Shown here piece by piece: positions 27,786 through 37,441 of a DNA stretch of 64,000 bases. The stretch is from the NCBI GenBank assembly GCA_019637585.1, contig JAHBVL010000002.1, positions 380,023 to 444,022 of the forward strand, given 5' to 3'. The notes below the pieces were generated by a model. That model was not told where the DNA came from. It saw only the letters and a list, made by a program, of their open reading frames with translations, and made no database searches. Numbering within the stretch: position 1 is the first letter of the stretch; the number at the start of each line of letters is the position of its first letter. This DNA is from Thermomicrobiales bacterium. Its GTDB lineage: Bacteria > Chloroflexota > Chloroflexia > Thermomicrobiales > UBA6265. The position numbers and the translations under genes were made by a program.

Positions 27786-28286
27786 TCATGCATCGTCGGC
27801 GAGTGGTGGCCCCACGACTTCCAGCCCATACCTCGGTCCGACTGCATCCCACTTGGCCACTTCGACATCCATCGGTTGCCCGTCGGCGCCAGGCAAGCGG
27901 CGCTCGACAGCGGGAATGCCGACCTCATCGTAGAGATCGAAGAGACCACCGGGATTGGCAAAACCGATGAATCGGACAGGGGTCGTGCCCGTGACCCGGA
28001 AAGCATGAGGAACACCGGCGGGCAGATAGATGAAGTCGCCGGCGGTGAGCCTGTAAACGTCATCACCCGCCCGATAGGTCATCTGACCCTCGATGATGAA
28101 AAACGCCTCGGACTCATGCGTATGGCGATGGAGCGGCGTCGCGATACCCGGCGGTTGGGTCACCAGAGCTACGTCGAGACCCTGCGTTTCCGAGGGCAAC
28201 GCCAAGCGTTCGAAAAGTGAGCCCATCGCCCAGGTAGCTGGACCAGTTCCACCTGGCCGAAAAACAACGTCGGGCTGGCCGCTCAT
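27786..28286 (-). CDS. cupin-domain protein (quercetin-dioxygenase-like)
   Basis: 'GIATPLHRHTHESEAFFIIEGQMTY...GDFIYLPAGVPHAF'. Start at M21 of the ORF (28286). Confidence 0.75.
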   Translation of the reverse strand: MSGQPDVVFRPGGTGPATWAMGSLFERLALPSETQGLDVALVTQPPGIATPLHRHTHESEAFFIIEGQMTYRAGDDVYRLTAGDFIYLPAGVPHAFRVTGTTPVRFIGFANPGGLFDLYDEVGIPAVERRLPGADGQPMDVEVAKWDAVGPRYGLEVVGPPLADDA

Positions 28287-28423
28287 GTAGCACCTCCTTT
28301 GCGTGCATGCGCATGTCTTTGCACGACTGTAGCGCTGCCATCCCACTGGATGCGGGACGCTGCATGGTATCGTTGGCGGGCATCGCCCACGATGCGATCA
28401 CCGCTGTTACACGACGAAGGCAG

Positions 28424-29605
28424 ATGACAGTAACCCCTCGCAACCGCTCCGGCCTTTTCCTCTTTTCGCTGCTTGCGGCGCTGCTGCTCGTGGCGTCCGC
28501 ATCGGCGCAGAGCGAGAGCCTCGGTGTTTCGTCCAAGCGCTTTATCGTGATCGACGCCAATACCGGTGAGGTGATCGCCGAGCAGAACGCCGACGAGCGG
28601 GTGGCGATTGCGTCGTTGACCAAGGTCTTCACCCTGATCGAAGCGCTGGAGCGGGGCGACCTCGACCAGGTGATCACCACACAATCTGAAGATCTCTACG
28701 ATTCCAGCTCGACCCTGATGGGTTTCGGAGCGGGAGAGACATTCACGCTGAAAGATCTCCTCTACGGCATGATGCTTCCCTCCGGCAACGACGCCGCGCA
28801 TGCCATCGCCAGGGCGCTCGGCGCGGATGAGGGGTTGAGCGCGGACCAGGCATACGACAACTTCATCCGGATGATGAACGAGCGAGCCGTCAACATGGGG
28901 CTCACCAACACCCAGTTCAAGAATCCACATGGCTGGGGCGTGGAAGGTCACTATTCCACGGCTCGCGACATCGCCACCTTCGTCATGTACGCGCTGCAGT
29001 TCCCCGAATTCGAACAGATCACCGGCGCGACGACCTACACCACATCGAACGGCTACTACACGGTGATCAACACCAACCGGCTGCTCTCTGATCGCGACTA
29101 CGCTGGATTGGTGGGCGGAAAAACCGGCTATGACGAAGATGCCGGGTATTGCCTCGTCGAAGTGGCACGGCGTGGCGACACCACACTGATCTCAGTGACA
29201 CTCGATGGCGTCGCTCCCGACGTCTGGTACATGGACAATGAAATTCTGCTCGACTACGGCTTCGCCGACCGGGAGCGCCGCGCGACATCCGCCGAGGGAC
29301 CGATCGCCGAAACACTCTCCTATGTCAACCCTGACCTGACCTGGATCAAAACCTCCAGCGCGTCGGGCGGCAGCCTCAGTGGCGGCGTCGAGGCATCTGA
29401 GCTCTCCAGCGCCGCTCCGGAGGAGGATCAATCGACAGGTGGGGGAGAAGTCGATGCGGTTTCGATCGATTCCCCGGTCGCCGTCAGCTCCAGTAACGAC
29501 GGATTGCTCAACTCCACCCTGCTCGGCGTCATCGCCGCCGGACTCCTCATCGCCGCCGTCGCCGCCCTCAAGGCGTTCCGGCCGAGCGCCGCATCGAGTT
29601 CGTAG
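28424..29605 (+). CDS. D-alanyl-D-alanine carboxypeptidase (S11 PBP) with a C-terminal TM anchor
   Basis: Signal peptide from M40 of the ORF. SxxK 'ASLTKV', 'SGN' in 'LPSGNDAAH', 'KTG' in 'GGKTGYDE'. Ser-rich linker and a hydrophobic tail. Confidence 0.85.
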   Translation: MTVTPRNRSGLFLFSLLAALLLVASASAQSESLGVSSKRFIVIDANTGEVIAEQNADERVAIASLTKVFTLIEALERGDLDQVITTQSEDLYDSSSTLMGFGAGETFTLKDLLYGMMLPSGNDAAHAIARALGADEGLSADQAYDNFIRMMNERAVNMGLTNTQFKNPHGWGVEGHYSTARDIATFVMYALQFPEFEQITGATTYTTSNGYYTVINTNRLLSDRDYAGLVGGKTGYDEDAGYCLVEVARRGDTTLISVTLDGVAPDVWYMDNEILLDYGFADRERRATSAEGPIAETLSYVNPDLTWIKTSSASGGSLSGGVEASELSSAAPEEDQSTGGGEVDAVSIDSPVAVSSSNDGLLNSTLLGVIAAGLLIAAVAALKAFRPSAASSS

Positions 29606-29636
29606 TTCGTAGTCCGGAGTCCGGAGTCCGGAATCC
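29603..29636. repeat. heptanucleotide array (AGTCCGG type, ~5 units)
   Basis: tagttcgtagtccggagtccggagtccggaatccg. Begins on the dac stop codon. The same unit occurs at 25584-25604. Confidence 0.9.
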
Positions 29637-29644
29637 GACCAACC

Positions 29645-29679
29645 ATTTCCCATCTCCCATTTCCTATTTCCCATTTCCC
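29645..29679. repeat. heptanucleotide array (ATTTCCC type, 5 units)
   Basis: atttcccatctcccatttcctatttcccatttccc. Confidence 0.9.
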
Positions 29680-29697
29680 ACATGAATAGGATCAGAT

Positions 29698-30821
29698 ACA
29701 TGTGAGACAGGGGAGGGGATGAAAAAGAGGGGAAGCATCTTTCACACTGATGCGGTGTCGAATCGCGCAGCGGAAAGGAGTTCCCCTCATGAGCAAGCGT
29801 AGCAAGAAGCAGAGAGGTGCTGCATTCCGTGGCCATGGCCACGGAATGCAGCTGGCGCGGCGAATGCCGTGGGTGCCGGACATCCCGACGTTGAGCGAAG
29901 CGGCGAAGCGACGGTTGCAGGTCGTGGAGTTCTCGCTCAAGCGAGGGGTGGCGATGGCCTGTGAGGCGTTTGGGGTGTCCCGGTCGACGGTGTACCGCTG
30001 GCGCAAGCAGTACCAGCCCTACCGGGTGACAAGCCTGGAGCCGCGCTCACGGGCGCCGAAGACGACGCGGCCGGTCCGGTGGACCTGGGAGGATGAGCAA
30101 CGGATTCTGACCGTGCGCCAGCAGTATCCCCGCTGGGGGAAGCGCAAACTGCTGCCCATGCTGCGGGAGCAGGGATGCACGCTCTCGGAAGCGACCGTCG
30201 GACGCATTCTGGCTCGGCTGAAGGCGGCGGGACGGCTGATCGAACCGAAACGCATGCCCGTTCGGCGCCCCCGGCCCCTCCGCCCTCATGCCACGCGCAA
30301 GCCGAAGGACTACCAGCCCCAGCGTCCTGGCGACTTGCTGCAGATCGATACGGTCCATCTCACCACCCGGGAAGGAACCCAGCTCCGGCAGTTCAGCGCC
30401 ATTGATGTCATCTCCCGCGTCGCTGCGGTCACCGTCCGCCGCTCCGCCACCGCGGGCACGGCCCGCGCCTTTCTGGAGGAGTTGCTCGATCGCTACCCCA
30501 TCCGGATCCGGGCTATCCAGGTCGATGGTGGCAGCGAGTTCATGGCCGAGTTCGAGGACGCCTGTGCCGCCAACGACATTCCGGTCTATGTCCTGCCACC
30601 CCGCTCACCCAAACTCAACGGTCGGGTGGAGCGGTTCAATCGGACCAGCCAAGAAGAGTTCTGGCACTGCTACGACGGCGACCTCGACCTGGTCGCCGCC
30701 AACGCCGCGCTGCGGGCGTGGGAGGCGACGTACAATCACGTCCGACCACATCAGGCGCTGCAGATGCAAACCCCGCTGGACTATCTCCGCTCCTTCGCCA
30801 CGCAGCAGCTGTCTCATATGT
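29698..30821 (+). mobile_element. IS481-family insertion sequence (~1.12 kb), apparently intact
   Basis: Terminal inverted repeats acaTGTGAGACAG (29698-29710) and CTGTCTCAtAtgt (30809-30821) match 12/13. The transposase stop lies inside the right IR, as is typical for IS481. No clear target duplication seen. Confidence 0.8.
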
Positions 30822-30823
30822 AG
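29789..30823 (+). CDS. IS481-family DDE transposase (HTH + rve integrase core)
   Basis: RBS aaggag precedes ATG 29789. 'GVSRSTVYRWRKQY' (HTH). 'LLQIDTVHL', 'IQVDGGSEF' and 'PKLNGRVERFNRT' (D-D-E core). Confidence 0.85.
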   Translation: MSKRSKKQRGAAFRGHGHGMQLARRMPWVPDIPTLSEAAKRRLQVVEFSLKRGVAMACEAFGVSRSTVYRWRKQYQPYRVTSLEPRSRAPKTTRPVRWTWEDEQRILTVRQQYPRWGKRKLLPMLREQGCTLSEATVGRILARLKAAGRLIEPKRMPVRRPRPLRPHATRKPKDYQPQRPGDLLQIDTVHLTTREGTQLRQFSAIDVISRVAAVTVRRSATAGTARAFLEELLDRYPIRIRAIQVDGGSEFMAEFEDACAANDIPVYVLPPRSPKLNGRVERFNRTSQEEFWHCYDGDLDLVAANAALRAWEATYNHVRPHQALQMQTPLDYLRSFATQQLSHM

Positions 30824-30989
30824 TGATCCCATACACCACATTGACAGACCCATCCGCCCCCTCCTATCCTCTCGCCAACAACTGAAGACGAGGCAAATCG
30901 ACGCTGACCAGGACGAGTACCGGGCATTCGGCGCCTCAGAAAGACCAGTATTCGATGCGAGCTGGTTCGTCTGAATTCCGGAGAAGACC

Positions 30990-31140
30990 ACCTGCGAGTT
31001 GCGTTCTGAACCTTTCCTCTGGAGAGCAGTAGGCGCGCCGGTTGACACCGTTATCCGTCGGAAGAGCGGTCATTCGTGACCGGAACTAGGGTGGAACCAC
31101 GTGCGCCAGACGTCCCTTTTCGGGTGTCTGGCGATTTTTG
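30990..31140 (+). promoter_or_regulatory. T-box riboswitch leader of thrS (5' boundary approximate)
   Basis: T-box sequence AACTAGGGTGGAACCACGTG at 31084-31103. Overlapping intrinsic terminator cgccagac...gtctggcg + ATTTTTG at 31104-31139. AGAG-containing stem-I-like region at 31021 onward. Candidate Thr ACC codons at 31047-31049 and 31079-31081; the specifier is not resolved. Confidence 0.7.
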
Positions 31141-31159
31141 TGTCTCGAGAACGAGGTGA

Positions 31160-32968
31160 ATGATGGTTCCCGAAAGTATCGACGCACTGACATCGGATAT
31201 CGATCTCGGCGAATCGCGCGGCGATCCGCGTGCCTGGGAGCTGGCGCGCATGCGCCATTCCTGCGCGCACCTGATGGCCGAGGCGATCCAGGAGCTGCGG
31301 CCGGACGTCAAGTTCGCCATCGGCCCGGCCATCGAGGATGGCTTCTACTACGACCTCGATCTGGGAGCGCCGCTGTCAGCCGACGATCTGGCCGAGATCG
31401 AGACCCGGATGTGGGCGCACCAGAAAGCCGATGAGCCATTCGTTCGCCGCAGTGTGAGTCGCGAGGAAGCGCTCGAGATTTTCGGCAACAACCCCTACAA
31501 GGTCGAGTTGATCCAGGGATTTGCCGAGGGAGAAGAGATCACCACCTATCAGCAGGGTGATTTTCTCGATCTCTGCCGCGGTCCGCATGTCGAGTCGACG
31601 GGTCGCATTGGTCCATTCAAGCTGCAATCAGTAGCGGGCGCCTACTGGCGAGGCGACGAAAAGCGGCCAATGCTGCAACGCGTCTATGGAACCGCGTGGC
31701 CGACGCAGGAGGAGCTCGACGCCCACCTGGAGAAACTCGAGGAAGCGCAACGCCGCGATCATCGCAAACTCGGCCGCGAACTCGACATGTACATGGTTTC
31801 AGACGAGATCGGCCCGGGCTTGATCCTGTGGCAACCGAAAGGAGCCACAGTCCGCTACCTGGTCGAACAGTTCGAGCAGCAGGAGCAGCTGGCCCGCGGC
31901 TACAAACTGGTCTACACGCCGCACATCGCGTCTGAAAAGATTTACAAGCAGTCCGGGCACCTGGAAACCTACCACGAGAACATGTACGCCCCAATGTCCA
32001 TCGACGAGGTCGACTACTACCTCAAACCGATGAACTGTCCCGGCCACATCATGATCTTCAAGAACGACGTCCGGTCGTATCGCGATCTGCCGATCCGGTA
32101 CGCCGAGCTGGGCACCGTCTACCGCTACGAGCGATCGGGCACCCTCCACGGCATGCTCCGGGTGCGCGGATTCACGCAGGACGACGCCCACATTTTCTGC
32201 ACACCCGATCAGGTCGAGGATGAAGTCGAGGGGGTGATCGACCTGGCCCAGCACATGGCCGACGTCTTCGGGTATCAGTTCAAGGCCTATCTCGCCACGC
32301 GTCCAGAAAAAGCGATCGGGGACGACGAAGTCTGGCAGCTGGCCATCAACCGGCTGGTCACCGCGCTCGATCGCAAGGGGCTCGCCTACGAGATCGACGA
32401 AGGCGGCGGCGCTTTCTATGGCCCGAAGATCGACATCAAATGGGTCGATGCGCTCGGTCGCGAGTGGACCGGTCCCACGATTCAGGCCGACTTCAACCTG
32501 CCCGAACGGTTCGACGTTTCCTATATCGGGGAGGATGGCGAGCGACATCGCGCCGTGATGATCCATCGCACCCTGCTCGGCTCGATGGAACGGTTCGTTG
32601 GCGGTCTTATCGAGCACTATGCCGGCGCGTTTCCCGTTTGGCTGGCGCCGGTGCAGGCAGTGCTGATCCCCATCACCGACGACCAGGTCGAATATGCGAC
32701 GCAGATCGGCAACGACCTCAAGCAGCGCGGTTTCCGGGTGGAGATCGATACCGGCCGGGACCGCATGCAGGCCAAGATTCGCAACGCGCAGATGCAGAAG
32801 GTGCCCTACATGCTGGTCATCGGCAAACGAGAGGCCGAAGCGGGCACCGTTGCCGTTCGCGCCCGCACCGGAGACGATCTCGGCGCGATGCCGGCCTCGG
32901 ATTTCGCGGATCTGTTGACTGAGCTGGCTGAGTCGAAATCCCTCGCGCTCACTCGCTCGCAGGACTGA
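31160..32968 (+). CDS. thrS: threonine--tRNA ligase (short N-terminus, no obvious TGS domain)
   Basis: 'RHSCAHLMAEAI' editing-domain motif already at residue ~31. Class II motifs 'YRYERSG...GMLRVRGFTQDDAHIF' and 'GGGAFYGPKID'. 602 aa. Confidence 0.95.
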   Translation: MMVPESIDALTSDIDLGESRGDPRAWELARMRHSCAHLMAEAIQELRPDVKFAIGPAIEDGFYYDLDLGAPLSADDLAEIETRMWAHQKADEPFVRRSVSREEALEIFGNNPYKVELIQGFAEGEEITTYQQGDFLDLCRGPHVESTGRIGPFKLQSVAGAYWRGDEKRPMLQRVYGTAWPTQEELDAHLEKLEEAQRRDHRKLGRELDMYMVSDEIGPGLILWQPKGATVRYLVEQFEQQEQLARGYKLVYTPHIASEKIYKQSGHLETYHENMYAPMSIDEVDYYLKPMNCPGHIMIFKNDVRSYRDLPIRYAELGTVYRYERSGTLHGMLRVRGFTQDDAHIFCTPDQVEDEVEGVIDLAQHMADVFGYQFKAYLATRPEKAIGDDEVWQLAINRLVTALDRKGLAYEIDEGGGAFYGPKIDIKWVDALGREWTGPTIQADFNLPERFDVSYIGEDGERHRAVMIHRTLLGSMERFVGGLIEHYAGAFPVWLAPVQAVLIPITDDQVEYATQIGNDLKQRGFRVEIDTGRDRMQAKIRNAQMQKVPYMLVIGKREAEAGTVAVRARTGDDLGAMPASDFADLLTELAESKSLALTRSQD

Positions 32969-32994
32969 GCATCGGCGTCAGCCATATACTGAAG

Positions 32995-33021
32995 GGACCC
33001 GGAAGCGTGCCTTCCGGGTCC
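32995..33021 (+). terminator. hairpin downstream of thrS
   Basis: ggacccggaag-cgtgc-cttccgggtcc: 11-bp perfect stem, weak T-tract. Confidence 0.5.
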
Positions 33022-33049
33022 TGTCATCTGCCCGGCAAAGGAGTGAATC

Positions 33050-33571
33050 ATGAGCAGGCAGAAGCGTGTCGCCGTCGTCATTGCGAAGAATTTCGAAGAC
33101 ATCGAGGCGACAGATCCCATCCGCGTTATCGAAGAAGCGGGCGCCGAAGCCATTCTGATCGGCATTGAACGCGGCAAGGTCGAGGGAAAGAAGGGCGCGG
33201 TGCTTGAGGCGAGACTCACTTTCGATGAGATCGATGCCACTACGGAAGCGTCCTTCGATGCGCTGGTCATTCCGGGCGGCGGCGCTCCCGAGAACCTGCG
33301 TATCCACCAGCCGGCCGTCGACTTCACCACGCGGTTTGTCGCGTCGGGCAAACCGGTCGCATCGATTTGTCATGGCCCGCAGCTGTTGATCTCAGCCAAG
33401 GTGCTGAACGGCCGGACCACCACCTGTGTGAACAAGATTCGTGACGACGTCGTCAACGCGGGCGCCAACTATGTCGACAAGCCGCTGGTTGTCGATGGCA
33501 ATCTGATTTCCTCACGTACACCTGCCGATATGGCCGTCTTCAATCAGGCGATCGTCGACGCGATCAGCTAG
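33050..33571 (+). CDS. DJ-1/PfpI-family protease/deglycase
   Basis: 'ALVIPGGGAPENL', nucleophile elbow 'VASICHGPQLL', 'DGNLISSRTPADM'. Confidence 0.85.
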   Translation: MSRQKRVAVVIAKNFEDIEATDPIRVIEEAGAEAILIGIERGKVEGKKGAVLEARLTFDEIDATTEASFDALVIPGGGAPENLRIHQPAVDFTTRFVASGKPVASICHGPQLLISAKVLNGRTTTCVNKIRDDVVNAGANYVDKPLVVDGNLISSRTPADMAVFNQAIVDAIS

Positions 33572-33574
33572 AAA

Positions 33575-34426
33575 GTGACCCCAGGCCCGATGAGCGCTCT
33601 CTCCGAATCGACAGCCGTCAGCAACCTCCAACGGTTGCGCGAAGCCAAAGCGTTCATCTTCGATATGGACGGGGTGCTCTACCGGGGACACGCCCCCCTG
33701 CCCGGCGTCGCCGAGCTTTTCGCCGCACTCGAACTCCGGGGAATCGCATTTCGGCTGGCGACGAACAATTCCACGCTGACGCCGCACCAGTACGTCGAAA
33801 AGCTGGCCGGCATGAACATCCAGATCACGGCCGATCGCATCGTCACCTCCGGCACCGCCACGCGCGGCTATCTGGAGGAAACTCTTCCCTCCGGAAGCAG
33901 AGTGTTCGTGATCGGAGAACCGGGGCTCTTCGCCCAGATCTTCCACGGCGACTACCTGGAGAAGGCGGACGAAGGCGAGGGGCCGGTCGCCGCCGTCGTG
34001 ATGGGACTCGACCGGGAATTCACCTACGCCAAGCTCTATGCGGCTCATGCCGCGATCAGGAATGGCGCTCGCTTCGTGGCGACCAATCTGGACACCACGT
34101 TGCCAACGGAGGTCGGTTTGGTTCCCGGTTGCGGCAGCATCATCGCCGCCGTCACGGCCGCCACGGGACAACAACCAGAAGTCGTCGGCAAACCAGAGGG
34201 ATTGCTCTACGAGCTCGCCGCGGCCCAGATGCGGGTTCCGGTGACCGAGACGGTGGCGATCGGCGACAGGCTGGACACCGATATCGTGGCCGCTGAGCGG
34301 TCGGGCGCCCTCTCGGTCATGGTTCTGACGGGTGTGACCGCCCGCGAAGAGATCGTGGATTTTCCGGTCAAACCCGATCTCGTGTTCAACGACCTGAACG
34401 CGGTACTCGACGCACTCAGCTCGTAG
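33575..34426 (+). CDS. HAD-superfamily subfamily IIA hydrolase (NagD-like sugar phosphatase)
   Basis: 'FIFDMDGVLYRG', 'LATNNST', 'AIGDRLDTDI'. Start is GTG 33575 or ATG 33590. Confidence 0.8.
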   Translation: MTPGPMSALSESTAVSNLQRLREAKAFIFDMDGVLYRGHAPLPGVAELFAALELRGIAFRLATNNSTLTPHQYVEKLAGMNIQITADRIVTSGTATRGYLEETLPSGSRVFVIGEPGLFAQIFHGDYLEKADEGEGPVAAVVMGLDREFTYAKLYAAHAAIRNGARFVATNLDTTLPTEVGLVPGCGSIIAAVTAATGQQPEVVGKPEGLLYELAAAQMRVPVTETVAIGDRLDTDIVAAERSGALSVMVLTGVTAREEIVDFPVKPDLVFNDLNAVLDALSS

Positions 34427-34544
34427 AACACGTTTGGCCAGCGTCCGGCCCCGCTATGCCGGCCACGTGTGACACCCCAGGACAATCCTCGTTCTTTGTT
34501 AGCCTATAGCAATTGGCGATCGAACCTGAGTGAGGGGCGAAACG

Positions 34545-35294
34545 ATGCGATTGACGAGTGATCTTGCCGTGATCGGCGGCGGCGATACCGGATTCAACAT
34601 CTCAGCTCCGCTCGATAGCCACATGTATCTGATCGACGGAGGAACCGATGCCGCGATTGTCGATGCCGGGATGGGCGGGAAGTACGGTCAAACCGACCGG
34701 ATTCTGGCCACGATCAAAGCCGACGGCGTTTCCCACGATAGAGTCTCGAAGCTCTTCCTCACGCACTATCACGCCGACCACGCCGGCGGGTCAGCTGACT
34801 TCCGCAGTAAGCTCGGTGTGGAAGTGCTGGCCTCACCGCTTTGCGCGAAAACACTGGAGGCCGGGGATGAAGAAACGATCAGTCTGCCATTCGCCAAGAA
34901 GACGGGATTCTATCCGGCAGACTATGTCTTCGAGCCCTGCCCGGCCACACCGGCGCTTGTCGAGGGCGCAACCATCACCGTCGGCAATCTCCAGGTGACC
35001 GCCTTCGAAACCAATGGCCATAGCGCCGGTCACATCTCGTTGTTGGTCGAAGGTGGGGAAAAGACCGCCCTCATCTCCGGCGATCTCGTTTTCTGGGGCG
35101 GCACGATCATCGCCCAGAATATCCACGATTGTTCGATTCAGGAATATGCGGCGAGCACGATCAAGATGAGCGGCGTGCAGTTCGACGCCTACCTGCCCGG
35201 TCATTTCCAGATTTCATTGGAGAACGGCAAGCGTCACATCGATCGCGCCGCGGAACAGTTCAACAAACTTATGATTCCGCGCAACGCACTGTAA
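34545..35294 (+). CDS. MBL-fold metallo-hydrolase
   Basis: 'LFLTHYHADHAGG' (HxHxDH), 'ETNGHSAGH', 'ISGDLVF'. Confidence 0.75.
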   Translation: MRLTSDLAVIGGGDTGFNISAPLDSHMYLIDGGTDAAIVDAGMGGKYGQTDRILATIKADGVSHDRVSKLFLTHYHADHAGGSADFRSKLGVEVLASPLCAKTLEAGDEETISLPFAKKTGFYPADYVFEPCPATPALVEGATITVGNLQVTAFETNGHSAGHISLLVEGGEKTALISGDLVFWGGTIIAQNIHDCSIQEYAASTIKMSGVQFDAYLPGHFQISLENGKRHIDRAAEQFNKLMIPRNAL

Positions 35295-35325
35295 CCGTTC
35301 GGGCGCGATACCCGCTTCGCAGCCT

Positions 35326-35469
35326 CGCCATTTATGGCGCCGCCCCCTCCCGCGTGTCTGGGCGCGGTCCTGGTTCGCATGGAGCCGATCCACCACCAAT
35401 GGCGCATTCGATAGCGGTCGTCTGCGCCATGAATGGCGAGGCTACGCCAGGGGGGCGCGATGAATGGCG
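35326..35469. repeat. cluster of 14-bp palindromes CGCCAT-NN-ATGGCG (2 perfect, 1 with one mismatch, 1 half-site)
   Basis: cgccatTTatggcg at 35326-35339. cgccatGAatggcg at 35425-35438. cgcGatGAatggcg at 35456-35469. Half-site atggcg at 35399-35404. Lies between the convergent MBL and ABC-ATPase gene ends. Confidence 0.8.
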
Positions 35470-35498
35470 CGAGAGATGGAACGACCTGGAGACGCCTC

Positions 35499-36329
35499 CT
35501 ACGACTGCTGGGCGAGCAGCTGGTCGCGACGGGCGAACTCCGCAAGCTCGTGCTCGAGCTCGTCCAGCTCTTCGCCACCCGCCATCATGTTGACCACTTC
35601 TTCCCGGGTGATCTCGGCTTTGGTGTAGGTGCGATCACCCATCACCCCGCCCCGATTGAGTAACGTGAAGCGGTCGCCGATCGGATAGGCATGATGCGGG
35701 TTGTGCGTGATCAGAATGACGGCGATGCCGCGTGCCCGGGCCTGCGCCACATATTTGAGCACGACGCCGGCTTCTTTCACACCCAGTGCCGCGGTCGGCT
35801 CGTCGAGGATCAGCACTTTCGCGCCGTGATAGACCGCACGGGCGATCGCCACTGACTGACGCTCCCCTCCCGACAGCGTACCGACCGCCTGGTTGGTGTC
35901 GCGCAAGTTGATCCCCATCTTGCCCAGCTCTTCGCGGGTGATGCGGGCAGCGGTATCGAAATCCATCCGCCGGAATGGTCCCCACCCCTTGACCGGTTCG
36001 GACCCGAGAAAGAAATTGCGGGTGATGCTCATGAGGGGAATCATCGCCAGATCCTGGTAGACGGTTGCGATGCCGTGTTCCAGCGCGTCTCTGGGGGACG
36101 CGAAATGAACAACCTCGCCATCGACCAGCATCTGCCCTTCGTCGGGACGAAAAACACCGCTGATGATCTTGATCAGGGTCGACTTCCCGGCGCCATTGTC
36201 GCCGAGGAGGCAATGGACTTCGCCGTAATGGGCGGCGATCGACACATTGTGCAGGGCGATGACGCTGCCGAAATACTTCGATGCCTGACGGAGCTCGACG
36301 GCCGGAGCCGCTGTCATCTGATCGCTCAT
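35499..36329 (-). CDS. sugar ABC transporter ATP-binding protein (single NBD, CUT2-like)
   Basis: Walker A 'GDNGAGKST', '[15 protein letters not shown]', 'ILDEPTAAL'. ATG 36329 overlaps the permease stop (ATGA). Confidence 0.85.
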   Translation of the reverse strand: MSDQMTAAPAVELRQASKYFGSVIALHNVSIAAHYGEVHCLLGDNGAGKSTLIKIISGVFRPDEGQMLVDGEVVHFASPRDALEHGIATVYQDLAMIPLMSITRNFFLGSEPVKGWGPFRRMDFDTAARITREELGKMGINLRDTNQAVGTLSGGERQSVAIARAVYHGAKVLILDEPTAALGVKEAGVVLKYVAQARARGIAVILITHNPHHAYPIGDRFTLLNRGGVMGDRTYTKAEITREEVVNMMAGGEELDELEHELAEFARRDQLLAQQS

Positions 36330-37375
36330 CGTGCCGCCACCGCCCGCATTCTCACAAACCGGTTGACAAGCACCGCGCTCAACAGCATCGCCCCCAGGAC
36401 GAAATCGAACCACTGACCATCGACGCCCGCGTAGACGATGCCCTGCTGGACCATGCCGAAGATCAACGCCCCGAGAGCGGCGCCGATGACCGAGCCATAT
36501 CCGCCGGTCAGCAACGTACCGCCGATCACCGCGGCCACGATGGCGTAGAACTCCTTGAACTCGCCTCGCAGCACGTCAGCGCTTCCCGCGCTGATCACCT
36601 GAATCGTGGCCAGGAGCCACGCCGAAACCGCCGTGCCGACGAAAAGGAGGATTTTCACCAGCGACACCGGCACGCCGACATTTCTGGCTGCCTGCAGGTT
36701 GCCACCCACACCGGTGATCCAGTTGCCGAACCGGGTCCGCAGCAGGATCCACCCGCAGATACCGGTCAGCACCAGCCACCAGACGATCGTCCCCGAGAAA
36801 TTCGCGCCGAACAGGCGATAGTCATAGCCGAAGATACTGCTCGCCGTTTCGTAGCCGGGCAGGTTCTTCAGACCACCAACCTGCGTGCGGTTGGTGATTC
36901 TCAGCGTCATTCCCGTCGTCGCGCCGCGAATCATGAAGAGCATGGCCAGCGTGACGATGAACGACGGCAACCCCGTTTTCAGCACCAGCACACCGTTGAC
37001 GATCCCGACGCAGATCGCAAACGCCAGCGCTAGCAGGATGCCCACCCACAAGTTGTAGCCATACTGGGCCGACATCAGCGCAACGATCATGCCGCTGGCG
37101 CCGATGGTCGATCCGAGCGAGAGATCGAACTCCCCGCCGATCATCAGTAGTGCAACGAATGCCGCCAGAATGCCGAGTTCCGCGGCCACCTCCAGATAGC
37201 TCGCCGTACCTCTGGCATTGAGAAAGCCTCGGTCGCCAGCCACGATGGCGAAGAAAACCCAGACGGCGACCGCGCCAGCCAGAGCTCCGATCTCAGGCTT
37301 GAGCACGATGCTTCGCCAGGCAGCTTGCCTGGCTGGCGGTCGAATCGTCGACGACACTGCATTTCCGGCGGACAT
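36326..37375 (-). CDS. sugar ABC transporter permease (RbsC/FrcC-like)
   Basis: About 10 TM segments with Gly-rich helices typical of CUT2 permeases; sits between the SBP and ATPase genes. Confidence 0.85.
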   Translation of the reverse strand: MSAGNAVSSTIRPPARQAAWRSIVLKPEIGALAGAVAVWVFFAIVAGDRGFLNARGTASYLEVAAELGILAAFVALLMIGGEFDLSLGSTIGASGMIVALMSAQYGYNLWVGILLALAFAICVGIVNGVLVLKTGLPSFIVTLAMLFMIRGATTGMTLRITNRTQVGGLKNLPGYETASSIFGYDYRLFGANFSGTIVWWLVLTGICGWILLRTRFGNWITGVGGNLQAARNVGVPVSLVKILLFVGTAVSAWLLATIQVISAGSADVLRGEFKEFYAIVAAVIGGTLLTGGYGSVIGAALGALIFGMVQQGIVYAGVDGQWFDFVLGAMLLSAVLVNRFVRMRAVAAR

Positions 37376-37441
37376 GAACCCTCCTGACCGGGCCGGTTGG
37401 CCGGGGCTCCAGAGAAGCCCCGGCCGAAATCACTCTACCGG

